A stretch of 64,000 bases of DNA from Escherichia coli (GTDB taxonomy: Bacteria; Pseudomonadota; Gammaproteobacteria; Enterobacterales; Enterobacteriaceae): assembly GCA_009729775.1 (NCBI GenBank), contig GCA_009729775.1_4081.1; one strand, 5' to 3'. A program made the translations under genes and the position numbers. This document shows, in pieces, positions 30,770 to 40,543 of the stretch. Position 1 is the first letter of the stretch. Each line of letters starts with the position of its first letter. The notes under the pieces are model-generated. The model was given only the letters and a program-made list of their open reading frames with translations. It searched no databases and was not told where the DNA came from.

Positions 30770-31112
30770 TTTTAATCCTCAAGAAAGTATGCTTACATTT
30801 TAGTTTATTACCATAGAATGAAATAGGAACATTAAACATTTCAATCTTATCTTCTTTCAACAAACGTAGAATATCAGGATCATTTTTTGTTTGAATACAA
30901 TGAAGACCATTAACCTGAATTTCTAAACCTTTCTTTAGATATTCATAAATTTTTTGACGACGCATCCCGCCATAACTATCATTATGTACCACATCACGTA
31001 GTTCTTTATATTCTTCCTTTAATGTTCGGTCTACAAGTGTTCCATCTTTCTTCCTGATCTCTGCAATACATTTATATTGATTTGAACCTCTAAGAGCCAT
31101 GTTGTACCTCAT
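30762..31112 (-). CDS. hypothetical protein (116 aa)
   Basis: ORF in track. Confidence 0.45.
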   Translation of the reverse strand: MRYNMALRGSNQYKCIAEIRKKDGTLVDRTLKEEYKELRDVVHNDSYGGMRRQKIYEYLKKGLEIQVNGLHCIQTKNDPDILRLLKEDKIEMFNVPISFYGNKLKCKHTFLRIKNG

Positions 31113-31569
31113 TAGGGTATTTTTTCATCAATTCGTGTAAACGCTGAATCTCTTGTTCTTTTTTTCTATCACTCTCGTATTTTCGAGAAAGTTTCTTTTT
31201 TGTATTTGCTTCTTCTAATCTAATATCAGTACAGAATTTGTCATTTTTTAAAAAATTGATACGCAATGCATTGTAAACAGCATTGAAATCGTTTCCTAAT
31301 TCTTTAGACGTGTCAGTGTAATTATGAAAATACATGTTATTTGTCATATTTACATGTTCAATTACTGCACCATTATGAGTTACGATAAACATTATATCGC
31401 CATACTGTTCATGTGGTTTTGAACGATATAGATATATATGTTGACGTAAATAATCTTTTAATTCATGTTCAATGCCACTTTGTTCATAACTTTGATATAC
31501 TAAAACCTCACCATCAGTTGAACTGTTGTCAGATTCATATGGTTCGCGGATAATTATAAGATTATACAT
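31090..31569 (-). CDS. hypothetical protein (159 aa)
   Basis: ORF in track. Confidence 0.5.
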   Translation of the reverse strand: MYNLIIIREPYESDNSSTDGEVLVYQSYEQSGIEHELKDYLRQHIYLYRSKPHEQYGDIMFIVTHNGAVIEHVNMTNNMYFHNYTDTSKELGNDFNAVYNALRINFLKNDKFCTDIRLEEANTKKKLSRKYESDRKKEQEIQRLHELMKKYPNEVQHGS

Positions 31570-31577
31570 ATTACTCC

Positions 31578-31859
31578 TTATACCGGAGATACGGTACTCA
31601 ACATTAGTAAAGCTGTATTTTCATCAATTTCATGATAGTTGTCGCATACAAGTGTTTCCAACAAATCAGGATGATAATAATAATGTTCATAATCAGTATC
31701 ATTAGGAATATGATGATATACAAATACAATATCAAAAACATCATCATCATTTTCACACTTGAAACGCTTTAATTCATCGACACTTTCAACAAAGCCATAT
31801 TCTTCAAAAGCAGTTGTACCATCTGGTAGTTTCATCCATGCACTTGCAACAATTTTCAT
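31578..31859 (-). CDS. hypothetical protein (93 aa)
   Basis: ORF in track. Confidence 0.45.
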   Translation of the reverse strand: MKIVASAWMKLPDGTTAFEEYGFVESVDELKRFKCENDDDVFDIVFVYHHIPNDTDYEHYYYHPDLLETLVCDNYHEIDENTALLMLSTVSPV

Positions 31860-31876
31860 AAATTTGTGAATCCTTA

Positions 31877-32461
31877 TTATTTTGTAATGTTTAGTTTAGA
31901 AACGAAGTATTCTTTGGCTTCTTCATATGTCATTGAAGTATACATAGGATTCCATTTATCGTCAATATCGATAAGTACTTTAACTTCCATTACATCTTCT
32001 GGTGTATAGAATTGCCATGTATTGTGATCTGGCTCATAGTTAGGGTCTAGTACAAAAACCGTACCATCCTGACCATAAACTTCCCCATCCTCTAATAGCT
32101 CACGGAAGAAATCTTCTCCAGTAGTTGGGTCTTCGTATGCATTATAAAAACGAAAAACAACATTCTCAACATCAGTTCGGGTAGTACCATCGTCTTCATC
32201 ATATTCCACCAAACGGTCCTGATGAAATACTAGGTCAATAGAACCAATGCGAGGTTTATTATGTGGAGTTTTGATTTCTTGCTGGGAATTCAAATCAATA
32301 CGTTCAGTACTGATGAATACTCCACTAGGGGTAATTTCAATACCAGACACATTTTCTGGTGAATAGTAAGCGTCACACATGTCATCAATGTGCATGTGCT
32401 CATGATACACTTCCATTTCAGGATTCTGCAACAACAGTGCTGCTAAGTCTTTTGCTTTCAA
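31877..32461 (-). CDS. hypothetical protein (194 aa), paralog of 32831..33463
   Basis: N-termini MKAKDLAALLLQNPEMEVYH / MKSHELAKLLLSQPNLEIYH and TPSGVF/TPSGIF blocks shared. Confidence 0.5.
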   Translation of the reverse strand: MKAKDLAALLLQNPEMEVYHEHMHIDDMCDAYYSPENVSGIEITPSGVFISTERIDLNSQQEIKTPHNKPRIGSIDLVFHQDRLVEYDEDDGTTRTDVENVVFRFYNAYEDPTTGEDFFRELLEDGEVYGQDGTVFVLDPNYEPDHNTWQFYTPEDVMEVKVLIDIDDKWNPMYTSMTYEEAKEYFVSKLNITK

Positions 32462-32850
32462 TCTTCAATCTCCATAGAATTATCATCATCATAATCATCA
32501 CTGGTGTACTTAGTTTTTACCTCAATACCATTCTCATGTAGGTATGTGATAAAACCATTACCATAAACGAATTGATTATAATATGTATTTTCTTCTACAT
32601 GTGCATCATAATCATCTTCATAATATGTGGGTATTGTAACATCATGACCTACACTTTGCAAGTACTGGAACAATTCTTTCAGTACTACTTCGATATCACC
32701 TTCTTCTGTACCATAACAATAAGCAGGTTCACCGTGAGTGAATTTGAAACCTTTACAGGAAACTGTATAAATGTCACTCATTTGTATACCACAATCATCA
32801 CATTCATGTATAGAACAATGCTGGTGGAATTTAATCTTTTTGATTTGCAT
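32458..32850 (-). CDS. hypothetical Cys/His-rich protein (130 aa)
   Basis: ORF in track; CSIHECDDCG cluster near N-terminus. Confidence 0.5.
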   Translation of the reverse strand: MQIKKIKFHQHCSIHECDDCGIQMSDIYTVSCKGFKFTHGEPAYCYGTEEGDIEVVLKELFQYLQSVGHDVTIPTYYEDDYDAHVEENTYYNQFVYGNGFITYLHENGIEVKTKYTSDDYDDDNSMEIED

Positions 32851-33463
32851 TTAGAAATTCACCAATTTTGGTAGTTGATGCTTTAACATTGAATTCAGAA
32901 TCAGGAAAATCTTTAGAAAATGATTCATTTTGTTCTTGTGAAAGTTCTTTTTTCGGTGGAAATAACATTTTGGCTAAATTTTTACCACATTCAATTGCTT
33001 CATCATATGACATATTTTCCCATGTTTCATGCCAAGTATTAGGATCATATTCTGTCAGTACTGAAATGAAATCAATATCATCAGATGTATAACAAACAGC
33101 ATGTTGATTAGAGAATTGTGTTGATTGATTTTTACCTAATAAAACAATTGGCTTTTCATAAGGAATGTTAAATACCAACCCATATTCTAAGCTAAGAACA
33201 GTTTGAATATGTGAACCCTCCAATTTTGGAGTAATAGTACCATCCTTAAAGAAAATTTGCACATGACCCAAGAGGGGGGTTTCGTATGGTGTAAGTACAT
33301 TTTCAGAAACTGATGTAGGTTTTACCGTTGTGAAAATACCAGATGGTGTAACCATTAATTTATTATCAAAATTCTGATAATGCAAGTCACTCTCTGCATC
33401 ATAATGATAAATTTCTAGATTTGGTTGAGATAGTAGTAATTTTGCTAACTCATGCGATTTCAT
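32831..33463 (-). CDS. hypothetical protein (210 aa), paralog of 31877..32461
   Basis: Paralog relationship as above. Confidence 0.5.
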   Translation of the reverse strand: MKSHELAKLLLSQPNLEIYHYDAESDLHYQNFDNKLMVTPSGIFTTVKPTSVSENVLTPYETPLLGHVQIFFKDGTITPKLEGSHIQTVLSLEYGLVFNIPYEKPIVLLGKNQSTQFSNQHAVCYTSDDIDFISVLTEYDPNTWHETWENMSYDEAIECGKNLAKMLFPPKKELSQEQNESFSKDFPDSEFNVKASTTKIGEFLNANQKD

Positions 33464-33511
33464 ATTATTTCTCCAAAAGAAAAGGAGAGTCGCTATGACT
33501 CTCCATATAGT

Positions 33512-33952
33512 TTATTGTAAAACTTTAAGTTTGTAAAGTACTCCTTCAACAAAACTCATAATATCTTCTAATGTGTTTACACTGCCGTAATCACCCGATT
33601 CTTCAAGCATATCATGAATTGCTCTGCATTGCTCAACATATTCTTCAAGAATTGGTACACAATCTTCAATTGGTGTAAAACGATAACTATTACCAGTCCC
33701 AACTTGCAAAGCACCACGATTATTCATGATACCTTCAACAAATGCGTCTACATATTCTGGTAATTCTTTATATAGTTCATCTAATTGTAAATGCTTTGTA
33801 TAAAAATGACATTGTAAGTGCCAGTTATGTGCAGCAGAACTTAAAAACAAACTATTTTCAATAAAAGTTAATAGTACTTCATCATATGAATTATCTTCTT
33901 CAGTACTTCCGATAAAGTCCATTACGTGTCGTAAATCATTAATATCTTCCAT
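33512..33952 (-). CDS. hypothetical protein (146 aa)
   Basis: ORF in track. Confidence 0.5.
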   Translation of the reverse strand: MEDINDLRHVMDFIGSTEEDNSYDEVLLTFIENSLFLSSAAHNWHLQCHFYTKHLQLDELYKELPEYVDAFVEGIMNNRGALQVGTGNSYRFTPIEDCVPILEEYVEQCRAIHDMLEESGDYGSVNTLEDIMSFVEGVLYKLKVLQ

Positions 33953-33984
33953 AATATCTCTCCTTAGAGTTATTCTCTTATTAT

Positions 33985-34413
33985 TTAGTTAATAATAAAG
34001 GTAATTTCAGGATTCATTTCCGAAACTGCATTGCGTTTACTTCTATCCCATAGTATTCTGTTATTATACAAAGAAGAATCACATACGACAAGTAAGCAAT
34101 TTCTTAATCTACTTACAGTACTTTGATTATTTAAATCAGTTTCTGAGATAAAAAATACATTTTCAGGAACTACTAAAGGAATAGATTTATCAAAAAACAA
34201 AACTACAATAGGTCTTGTTGTATGAACTGATTTAACAAAATCCAAAATACTATTATAAAAATTAGTTTCTTTAGTAATTACTGACGGATCTTTAATTCTT
34301 TTCAAATATTGCTGTGGTAATTGATGTTCGTCTTTTATCTGAAACTCAAAATATTCTTTGAATAACATTTGTGTTAATTCAGATTTATCGGATATTTTCG
34401 TTGTGTTACTCAT
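33985..34413 (-). CDS. hypothetical protein (142 aa)
   Basis: ORF in track. Confidence 0.5.
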   Translation of the reverse strand: MSNTTKISDKSELTQMLFKEYFEFQIKDEHQLPQQYLKRIKDPSVITKETNFYNSILDFVKSVHTTRPIVVLFFDKSIPLVVPENVFFISETDLNNQSTVSRLRNCLLVVCDSSLYNNRILWDRSKRNAVSEMNPEITFIIN

Positions 34414-34558
34414 TCACTTCGTTCTCTCGTAACTCAAGAAGTCACTGCGTTTACTTCGTAAACTAGTTCCTTCTGAAAATGATAATGTACTTTAAAAACT
34501 TGACGGGATTTGTTGAGGACTATTACATCCCCCCGCAGGGGAATGAAGGTAATAAAAA

Positions 34559-34576
34559 AGAGACAATTAAGTCTCT
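34559..34576 (-). terminator. rho-independent terminator-like hairpin
   Basis: Stem AGAGAC/GTCTCT, 6-nt loop, followed on minus strand by TTTTTTATT. Confidence 0.5.
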
Positions 34577-34615
34577 CTTGACGATGATGGCATCGGATAT
34601 TATCGAATTGCGAAT

Positions 34616-34654
34616 TTCTCAAATTTTGGACGGATCTTTCTTGTACCAAAATTT
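34616..34654. repeat. direct repeat copy 1 (TTCTCAAATTTTGGACG...CTTTCTTGTA) with own 9-bp hairpin
   Basis: 17-nt core identical to copy 2; stem AAATTTTGG/CCAAAATTT. Confidence 0.6.
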
Positions 34655-34767
34655 AGAGAGCGAAAGCGGGTTGCTCGGTTTCTCTCTATCGCAGTCATAT
34701 GCAACGGTCGCTGGTCTTTTCATCAACAGCACTCAGTACTAACTCTATTCGATCAAAGTAGTACTTG

Positions 34768-34809
34768 TTCTCAAATTTTGGACGCAACTTTCTTGTAAAA
34801 ATTGCGTCC
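34768..34809. repeat. direct repeat copy 2 with 8-bp hairpin GGACGCAA/TTGCGTCC
   Basis: 17-nt core plus CTTTCTTGTA identical to copy 1; 152 bp from copy 1. Confidence 0.6.
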
Positions 34810-35103
34810 GCTATCCTTGAACTCCCTTAGCAAATCTGGTAAGGTGCGAACCTTATACATCTATCTAGGAACTCTCTGTATGCTTATCGGAGTTCTTTAT
34901 ACAGCCGTGTCGCCGTGATTCGTGGTCTTACATCGTGTTTGTTTAAATGCCAGTACTCTAACAGGTTTCTTCTGCTGTTCGCTACAACGGTAAAGCTCAT
35001 CTATCCTTTACATTTTCAAGAGAAGTAGGTTCTCAGTGTCCATTTTTCAATGTCCGTTGTCATTTTCTATATACATTATATCATTGGAACATATAATGTC
35101 CCA

Positions 35104-35580
35104 TTACATGTATACTTTTTTTAAATCCTTAGAACAACGATCAAAAATTGTGTTTATGAATTCAACATCTTCGATAATATTCGAATCGTTAGCAACATTT
35201 TCATTTCTTGTCGTGTTCCTATATGTGTGTTCAGGATGATTGTATACCACCTTGACTACATTATTTAGGTCTATAAAATTTGACGTTTTTTGTGTATAAG
35301 AAGCCTGAAGCTTGATGAGTTTACCATCATTCTCAAGATTGGTTTTATGAATTAGTTCTTCAATGCCAGTTAAATGGCTATAGCTATCTTTTTCTTTTAC
35401 AAAAGTAATAGTAACAAGAACTGCTTTCTCATCTCCCATATCGGAAATGTTTTTTACAGCACTGATAATTTCTAAGTTTGAAAAATCTAATTCTTTAAGC
35501 ATTTTACAAATATTTCCACAAAGTTCGATAAGTGATAATTTCTTCTCTGGTAACAGAAACTTCATTGCACTTAACACCAT
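35104..35580 (-). CDS. hypothetical protein (158 aa; alternative start at 35502)
   Basis: ORF in track; overlaps upstream ORF unless Met27 (35502) is the start. Confidence 0.45.
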   Translation of the reverse strand: MVLSAMKFLLPEKKLSLIELCGNICKMLKELDFSNLEIISAVKNISDMGDEKAVLVTITFVKEKDSYSHLTGIEELIHKTNLENDGKLIKLQASYTQKTSNFIDLNNVVKVVYNHPEHTYRNTTRNENVANDSNIIEDVEFINTIFDRCSKDLKKVYM

Positions 35581-35860
35581 CAGTTTCAGTACTGAATGGT
35601 TGTACTGGTCTATCTTCTGTTAAACCTCGTTCATAAGTACAATGATAAAACTTATTTGTGCTCATGTCAAGAAATACGAGATCAAATTCTTCAGTCCACC
35701 TTCTGTTCCCTTTGCTTTCATTGTAGATGATTTTATATTTTACATCTGGTTTAAAAGTTTCAGTACTGTCATCCCATGCACCATAGTCAGTATATTCATC
35801 ATTTTCATCTAACTCTGCTAGATGCCACATTAATTGTGGTAAAAAGATTTTAGATTTCAT
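35504..35860 (-). CDS. hypothetical protein (118 aa)
   Basis: ORF in track. Confidence 0.45.
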   Translation of the reverse strand: MKSKIFLPQLMWHLAELDENDEYTDYGAWDDSTETFKPDVKYKIIYNESKGNRRWTEEFDLVFLDMSTNKFYHCTYERGLTEDRPVQPFSTETDGVKCNEVSVTREEIITYRTLWKYL

Positions 35861-35912
35861 TTATTTTCTCCAAAAAAAAGGACTTGAATACTCAAGTCCC
35901 TATAATATCATA

Positions 35913-36524
35913 TCAATCATGTTTATTCAATTTCTTCTGTTCTTTTTTCAAAGCTTTCATATGACGACCAAACTCTCGAACATGCCATAGATGATCAGTT
36001 TCCCATAATTCTTGACGTAACCTACGTTCTTCTAGTAGTTTCGACTTGTCAATGTTATTTTTCTTTTTTTGTACATTAAAGAAATTATTCATATGTTCTT
36101 GGAGAAGATTACGACCTTTAACTTTCTCAAGAAACTCATCAACTGTTTCAGTTTTATTCGAACGTAGTTGATTACATCTGGAGCACATAGTATTAAAGTT
36201 TGACTCTAAATCAGGTCCACCCTTAGATGCCAGATGATTATGGTCAACTGTCATTAAAACTTCATAAAGACCACATACAGCATATACATTTAAATGTGGT
36301 TTACCATATACTGGATCAGAACATAATGAACGTTCAATGCGTACTTCAGTAGCTTCAATCCCACATGCCACGCATTTTGGATTCTTAATAAATGTAAGAA
36401 CTTTTTGTGGGAAATATCGAAAAGTAATACCATTTAAAGTGTAGCGTTTCATCTTAGTACTTCGTTGATTTAATTCGTCAAGAAGTGATAATTTGGTCGT
36501 ATAGTAAACATGATATTTGTTCAT
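35913..36524 (-). CDS. HNH homing endonuclease
   Basis: HNH motif VDHNHLASKGG...N and Cys pairs (CVACG, CSRCN); track ORF extends to 36569 but Met16 avoids overlap with upstream gene. Confidence 0.8.
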   Translation of the reverse strand: MNKYHVYYTTKLSLLDELNQRSTKMKRYTLNGITFRYFPQKVLTFIKNPKCVACGIEATEVRIERSLCSDPVYGKPHLNVYAVCGLYEVLMTVDHNHLASKGGPDLESNFNTMCSRCNQLRSNKTETVDEFLEKVKGRNLLQEHMNNFFNVQKKKNNIDKSKLLEERRLRQELWETDHLWHVREFGRHMKALKKEQKKLNKHD

Positions 36525-36525
36525 T

Positions 36526-36834
36526 TTATTCCTTGATATTGATTTTAATATCTTTACCTTGTAAATCACGAATAGTTTTAATTAATGCATCATGTTTTAA
36601 AGCACATTCGTTGTATACTGCATCCCAACGAGTAAGTACTTTAAGAATTTCTGCACCATCATAACCTTTAAAACCATTTTTGTCAATCATAATTTTTTGT
36701 GGTAGAGGTGTATCATCATCACATCTTTCTAACAGAATTTCTTGTTTAATTGGTGCAGGGGATTGTAGTTTTACTTGTTCTGCACATCCACTTATAATTA
36801 AAAAAGAAATAAACGGAACTAATAATTTTTTCAT
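36526..36834 (-). CDS. lipoprotein, o-spanin candidate
   Basis: 102 aa; signal peptide with lipobox IISGC; Pro-containing mature region; ATGA overlap with upstream i-spanin candidate. Confidence 0.45.
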   Translation of the reverse strand: MKKLLVPFISFLIISGCAEQVKLQSPAPIKQEILLERCDDDTPLPQKIMIDKNGFKGYDGAEILKVLTRWDAVYNECALKHDALIKTIRDLQGKDIKINIKE

Positions 36835-37205
36835 TTGAATTTATTCCTCGCAGCTTGAGAATTTTGTTTTAGTTCATTCAGTACTTTTACACCATCTTCA
36901 TCTAAACATACATTCTTATAAACTTCACGTTCTACAATAAAAGGAACTTTTGTTTCAATAACTTTAGCATTATCTTCCATGATTTTTTTAGTTTCAAGGT
37001 AATTTTTTGCATTTTCTTGTTGCATTTTATCTAAGGCGGTATCAACTTTTTTAGCTATTTGTTGCTCTATGCTTTGTTGATAGCCACTGTAATAAGTATT
37101 AGCTTCCCAGCCAGCATAAGCTGAACCGCCAATCAATAATACAAAAGAAATTGGTTTCCAAAATGGAATAAGAATTTTTGAAACAATTATTTCTAACATA
37201 CTCAT
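36831..37205 (-). CDS. type-II membrane protein, i-spanin candidate
   Basis: 124 aa; single N-terminal TM segment then charged coiled-coil-like periplasmic region; late-promoter motif and TAGGAG SD upstream. Confidence 0.45.
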   Translation of the reverse strand: MSMLEIIVSKILIPFWKPISFVLLIGGSAYAGWEANTYYSGYQQSIEQQIAKKVDTALDKMQQENAKNYLETKKIMEDNAKVIETKVPFIVEREVYKNVCLDEDGVKVLNELKQNSQAARNKFK

Positions 37206-37232
37206 AATAATATCTCCTATAGTTGATGATAT

Positions 37233-37239
37233 TATTTAG
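37233..37239 (-). promoter_or_regulatory. late-promoter-like CTAAATA element
   Basis: Minus-strand CTAAATA about 28 nt upstream of ATG 37205. Confidence 0.35.
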
Positions 37240-37258
37240 AGTATATAATTGTATAGAT

Positions 37259-37678
37259 TTACAACATTTTTTGAATATGTTCTGCTAGTTCATACAGCTT
37301 AGTTTCATTATTCTCGAACTTTTCATCAACTTGAACATTGAATTTTTCTTCTAGTTCCATTACCATTTCAATCCAATCAAGCCAATCAAAATGGAATTTT
37401 TCTTCGACTTCCAATTTAGTAAGATTGAAGTTCGCTGATACATCATTCTCTGATGTATCACAATAACGAGTAGTGATGAATTTGACAATTTCTTTTTCAA
37501 CATCGTTTAATTCACGAGTTTGATATTCGGGCTGAAGATACCACCACTCTCCCTTATTAATAGATTCCAATTCTTGTTTGATTTCATGCATTACTTTATA
37601 ACGGTCAGTACTTTTATGAATAGAATTGACTTCTTGATTCAATACATGTAGTGCATTTTTAATACGTTCATTTAACAT
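37259..37678 (-). CDS. acyl-carrier-protein-like domain protein lacking the phosphopantetheine serine
   Basis: 139 aa; C-terminal FDWLDWIEMVMELEEKF resembles ACP DSLDTVELVMALEEEF with Ser replaced by Trp. Confidence 0.55.
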   Translation of the reverse strand: MLNERIKNALHVLNQEVNSIHKSTDRYKVMHEIKQELESINKGEWWYLQPEYQTRELNDVEKEIVKFITTRYCDTSENDVSANFNLTKLEVEEKFHFDWLDWIEMVMELEEKFNVQVDEKFENNETKLYELAEHIQKML

Positions 37679-37697
37679 TTTATCACCTTATAAAAAA

Positions 37698-37721
37698 AGA
37701 GAACTCCATATGAAGTTCTCT
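37698..37721 (-). terminator. rho-independent terminator after 929-aa gene
   Basis: Perfect 8-bp stem AGAGAACT/AGTTCTCT, 8-nt loop, followed on minus strand by TTTTTTT. Confidence 0.6.
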
Positions 37722-37752
37722 AATTATACATAATTACTTTTTCTATGTCAAG

Positions 37753-40542
37753 TTATAAATCACGGAAACGATTTGGTGTGTTTAAACGATACATTGAGTA
37801 CAATCCCAATCCACGCATAATCTCACCTGCCCAGAAACCAAAAAACATACCATTATCAGTACCTTCTCTGACTGCTGGACTCCATGAACCATTCATTGGA
37901 GAACCTGGACTTACAATAACATAGTTCTTTTGAAGTTCGAGAACTAAGTTATCAGCGAGTGTTGTTAGACCTTCTATTTTACATCCAGCCAATCCAGCAG
38001 CACAAGCCCCAGCTAACCACAACCCACACATATGACCTGTAAAGTCCCAATCTGGACCTTCAACTGTGCCATCTTTATTGAAGATTGTTGGTGAACGACC
38101 ATCATTATCTTTTTGAAATTGAATTAAAAAGTGAATCCAATTCTCACAAAATTCAACAAGATCTGCTGGTGGTTCAATTCCTCTCTCTGCGAGTTCTTGC
38201 CATGCTCTGGCAGCCCCAAAGAACGCACGTGGTTCATACCCACTCCATGCTTGATCACCCCAATGTAGCATAGTAAATGTATCTGGTTCACCATATTTTA
38301 AGTTATCCCAGCGGTTCCAAACATATGCTTGTGCACATGGACCAACAGTACCGAATTGTTGAGTAAACCATGTTTGAGAATCTTTCATAAAGCTTAACAT
38401 GTTGCCTAAACGTGTGTTATCAACTGGTTGGTCTTTAAAACAATATATCACTGGATACTGATAACCAGGATAAGGCAAACCACGCCAACCTGAATACTGA
38501 TTCGCATACGGGTCAGTGATGTTAGAAAATGGTATTGTTCCTGGAGTGTAATGCAATGAGTTTAACAAATAATCTTTGATTACACAATCCCCTAACTGTG
38601 CAGTATAAGGTGATTCACCTGCAATTGTTATTGAAAATGTCATGGTATAGTCATCACCGTCAGCATCCGTATATAATTCTGGAATGTCATTAATACAATA
38701 CCAATCAATTATTGCAGCAACGCCATCTACTGGGGTTGTATCAGGTAAAATAGTAATATCTTCTAGCTCACTATAAACTGGTGCATCTGGTCTTGGGTCA
38801 GAACTTGGATGATTTGGCTGATACCCAGATAAACGTAATGTATCAGAACTTAGTGTGATAGTAGTCCATTCCCCGTGTGTTGCAGGAATCATCCACCACC
38901 ATCTCCAACCATTATCATCTATAATTCGTATATTATAATCATCTTCATATGAACGATATGTGAAAGATTTAACTTCAGACTTATTTGTTGCTAATAACCA
39001 AAATCCAATAACAGCACCATCATCTTCACCACAAACCAACTGATTAATTGTATCGCGTCTTGTGATTAATATATCAGTACTATATAACATTTCGGACGTA
39101 GCTGCACCATAAGGAACAACAATTCTACTATCAGCAATTATATAAGGGGAACCATCTGCTTTCTTTTCTCTAACAAATGCACTTAACGGTGTTAATGAAT
39201 GTGTGATATTTTGGTCTTTACTTTCTGGTAAGCCGCAACGATAACGAACAACATCATGGTCATTTTTTGTTTTTGACAATTCCAGTACTGGTTTAAATGA
39301 TAACGGTTTACCATCATCGCACACGCCACCATAGTCAACTAGCAATTTTGAATCAGCATTTACCCTGAACCAAATAGCTTGTTGCTCCATAGTACTCTGT
39401 GCACTTTGGTCTTGTCTGATAGTAATGTATCCTAACGAATTTCTACCAAACTTAGCAATAGCATCACTTGGATAAAAATATTCATAGGAAATACCATCAG
39501 TGAATGGTGTGGTTACAATTGTACTTTGTCTGAAAAATTTATCTCTGGAGTCGATATCACCATAAGCATAGCATGTGAGTAGTGAACATTTCCAACCCAA
39601 ATAATGTTTTCTTTCTTTAGTTATTTTATATAACAAATACGAAGCATCACTAAACCATAATTCTGCATCTGATGCGTTATCAGCAAATTCTAAATCAATT
39701 GGAACATGAAGTGGGCGGTTGTGTTGCATTTCATTTCGTTGAATTATTACACCACCATATTCTACTGGTTGACGATTAGCAAAATTTAATTTATATACAC
39801 CATTAATTGTTGTATTCTTTAATTGAACAGTTCCTTTTTCAGATTCGTCAAAACCTTCTGCTAAAATATTACCATCCCAGTCGATTTTTCTACCCATGAA
39901 ATCAATAATCCAGTCAACATCATATTGTTCACCTGGTGTATCCCAATCAACACTACCATCTGGTAATAAAGCTTTTACTGACGCATTTATTTGGTTCCAT
40001 GCTAAAGCACCTTTGAATGCAAATGTCACTTTATCCAAGAACTGACCATAATATGGTGCACCATGTGGTATTTTGCATTGACCATTAGTAAATGTAAATT
40101 CTACTCCCTTGAAACCACCATGTGTGGGCCAGCCATCATCAGCTAAAGGCCAGTTAGCCAATATAGGTTCTTTTGCATTAACTATCCAGTTACATTGTAG
40201 CGGTGTAGGTGGATCTGGTAATTCACGTCCAGCATAAAAGTACTGATGATATGCGTCCCAATACCACTTTGCCTTATCTAAAAACAATGGATCATTTGTA
40301 GCCAGATATGCATAAATGTATCCTAAAATTAATAGACTTTGACCTTCTGTTGTCCCGTCACCGTTTGGTTGACCTTCCATTGCAGAATAGTTAATAAAAT
40401 GGCGGTTGTTCGCCAAAACACCCTGATTGTTCACCACATAATGCTGTACTGTTGGATCTATAGTATCACCAGTATTTCTTTCAATAAATTTGTGATGCCC
40501 ATAAAGAAGTTGTACAATATTATCAATATTATTGTTTAACAT
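37753..40542 (-). CDS. large Trp-rich protein (929 aa), possible virion-associated hydrolase or fibre component
   Basis: Long ORF, W/Y/G-rich; no motif confidently recognised. Confidence 0.55.
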   Translation of the reverse strand: MLNNNIDNIVQLLYGHHKFIERNTGDTIDPTVQHYVVNNQGVLANNRHFINYSAMEGQPNGDGTTEGQSLLILGYIYAYLATNDPLFLDKAKWYWDAYHQYFYAGRELPDPPTPLQCNWIVNAKEPILANWPLADDGWPTHGGFKGVEFTFTNGQCKIPHGAPYYGQFLDKVTFAFKGALAWNQINASVKALLPDGSVDWDTPGEQYDVDWIIDFMGRKIDWDGNILAEGFDESEKGTVQLKNTTINGVYKLNFANRQPVEYGGVIIQRNEMQHNRPLHVPIDLEFADNASDAELWFSDASYLLYKITKERKHYLGWKCSLLTCYAYGDIDSRDKFFRQSTIVTTPFTDGISYEYFYPSDAIAKFGRNSLGYITIRQDQSAQSTMEQQAIWFRVNADSKLLVDYGGVCDDGKPLSFKPVLELSKTKNDHDVVRYRCGLPESKDQNITHSLTPLSAFVREKKADGSPYIIADSRIVVPYGAATSEMLYSTDILITRRDTINQLVCGEDDGAVIGFWLLATNKSEVKSFTYRSYEDDYNIRIIDDNGWRWWWMIPATHGEWTTITLSSDTLRLSGYQPNHPSSDPRPDAPVYSELEDITILPDTTPVDGVAAIIDWYCINDIPELYTDADGDDYTMTFSITIAGESPYTAQLGDCVIKDYLLNSLHYTPGTIPFSNITDPYANQYSGWRGLPYPGYQYPVIYCFKDQPVDNTRLGNMLSFMKDSQTWFTQQFGTVGPCAQAYVWNRWDNLKYGEPDTFTMLHWGDQAWSGYEPRAFFGAARAWQELAERGIEPPADLVEFCENWIHFLIQFQKDNDGRSPTIFNKDGTVEGPDWDFTGHMCGLWLAGACAAGLAGCKIEGLTTLADNLVLELQKNYVIVSPGSPMNGSWSPAVREGTDNGMFFGFWAGEIMRGLGLYSMYRLNTPNRFRDL

Positions 40543-40543
40543 A

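Larger units (their letters stand above)
34414..35103. other. 690-bp noncoding, hairpin-rich region with direct repeats (possible sRNA/regulatory locus)
   Basis: No credible ORF on either strand; locally GC-richer than flanks; multiple perfect hairpins and a duplicated 35-nt element. Confidence 0.4.

Noticed and set aside
34841-34854. tRNA-like T-arm candidate (minus-strand AAGGTTCGCACCTT)
   Set aside because: Loop would be 6 nt or the stem mismatched; no acceptor stem or anticodon arm could be built around it; no other GTTCRANYC-type motif in the noncoding island.
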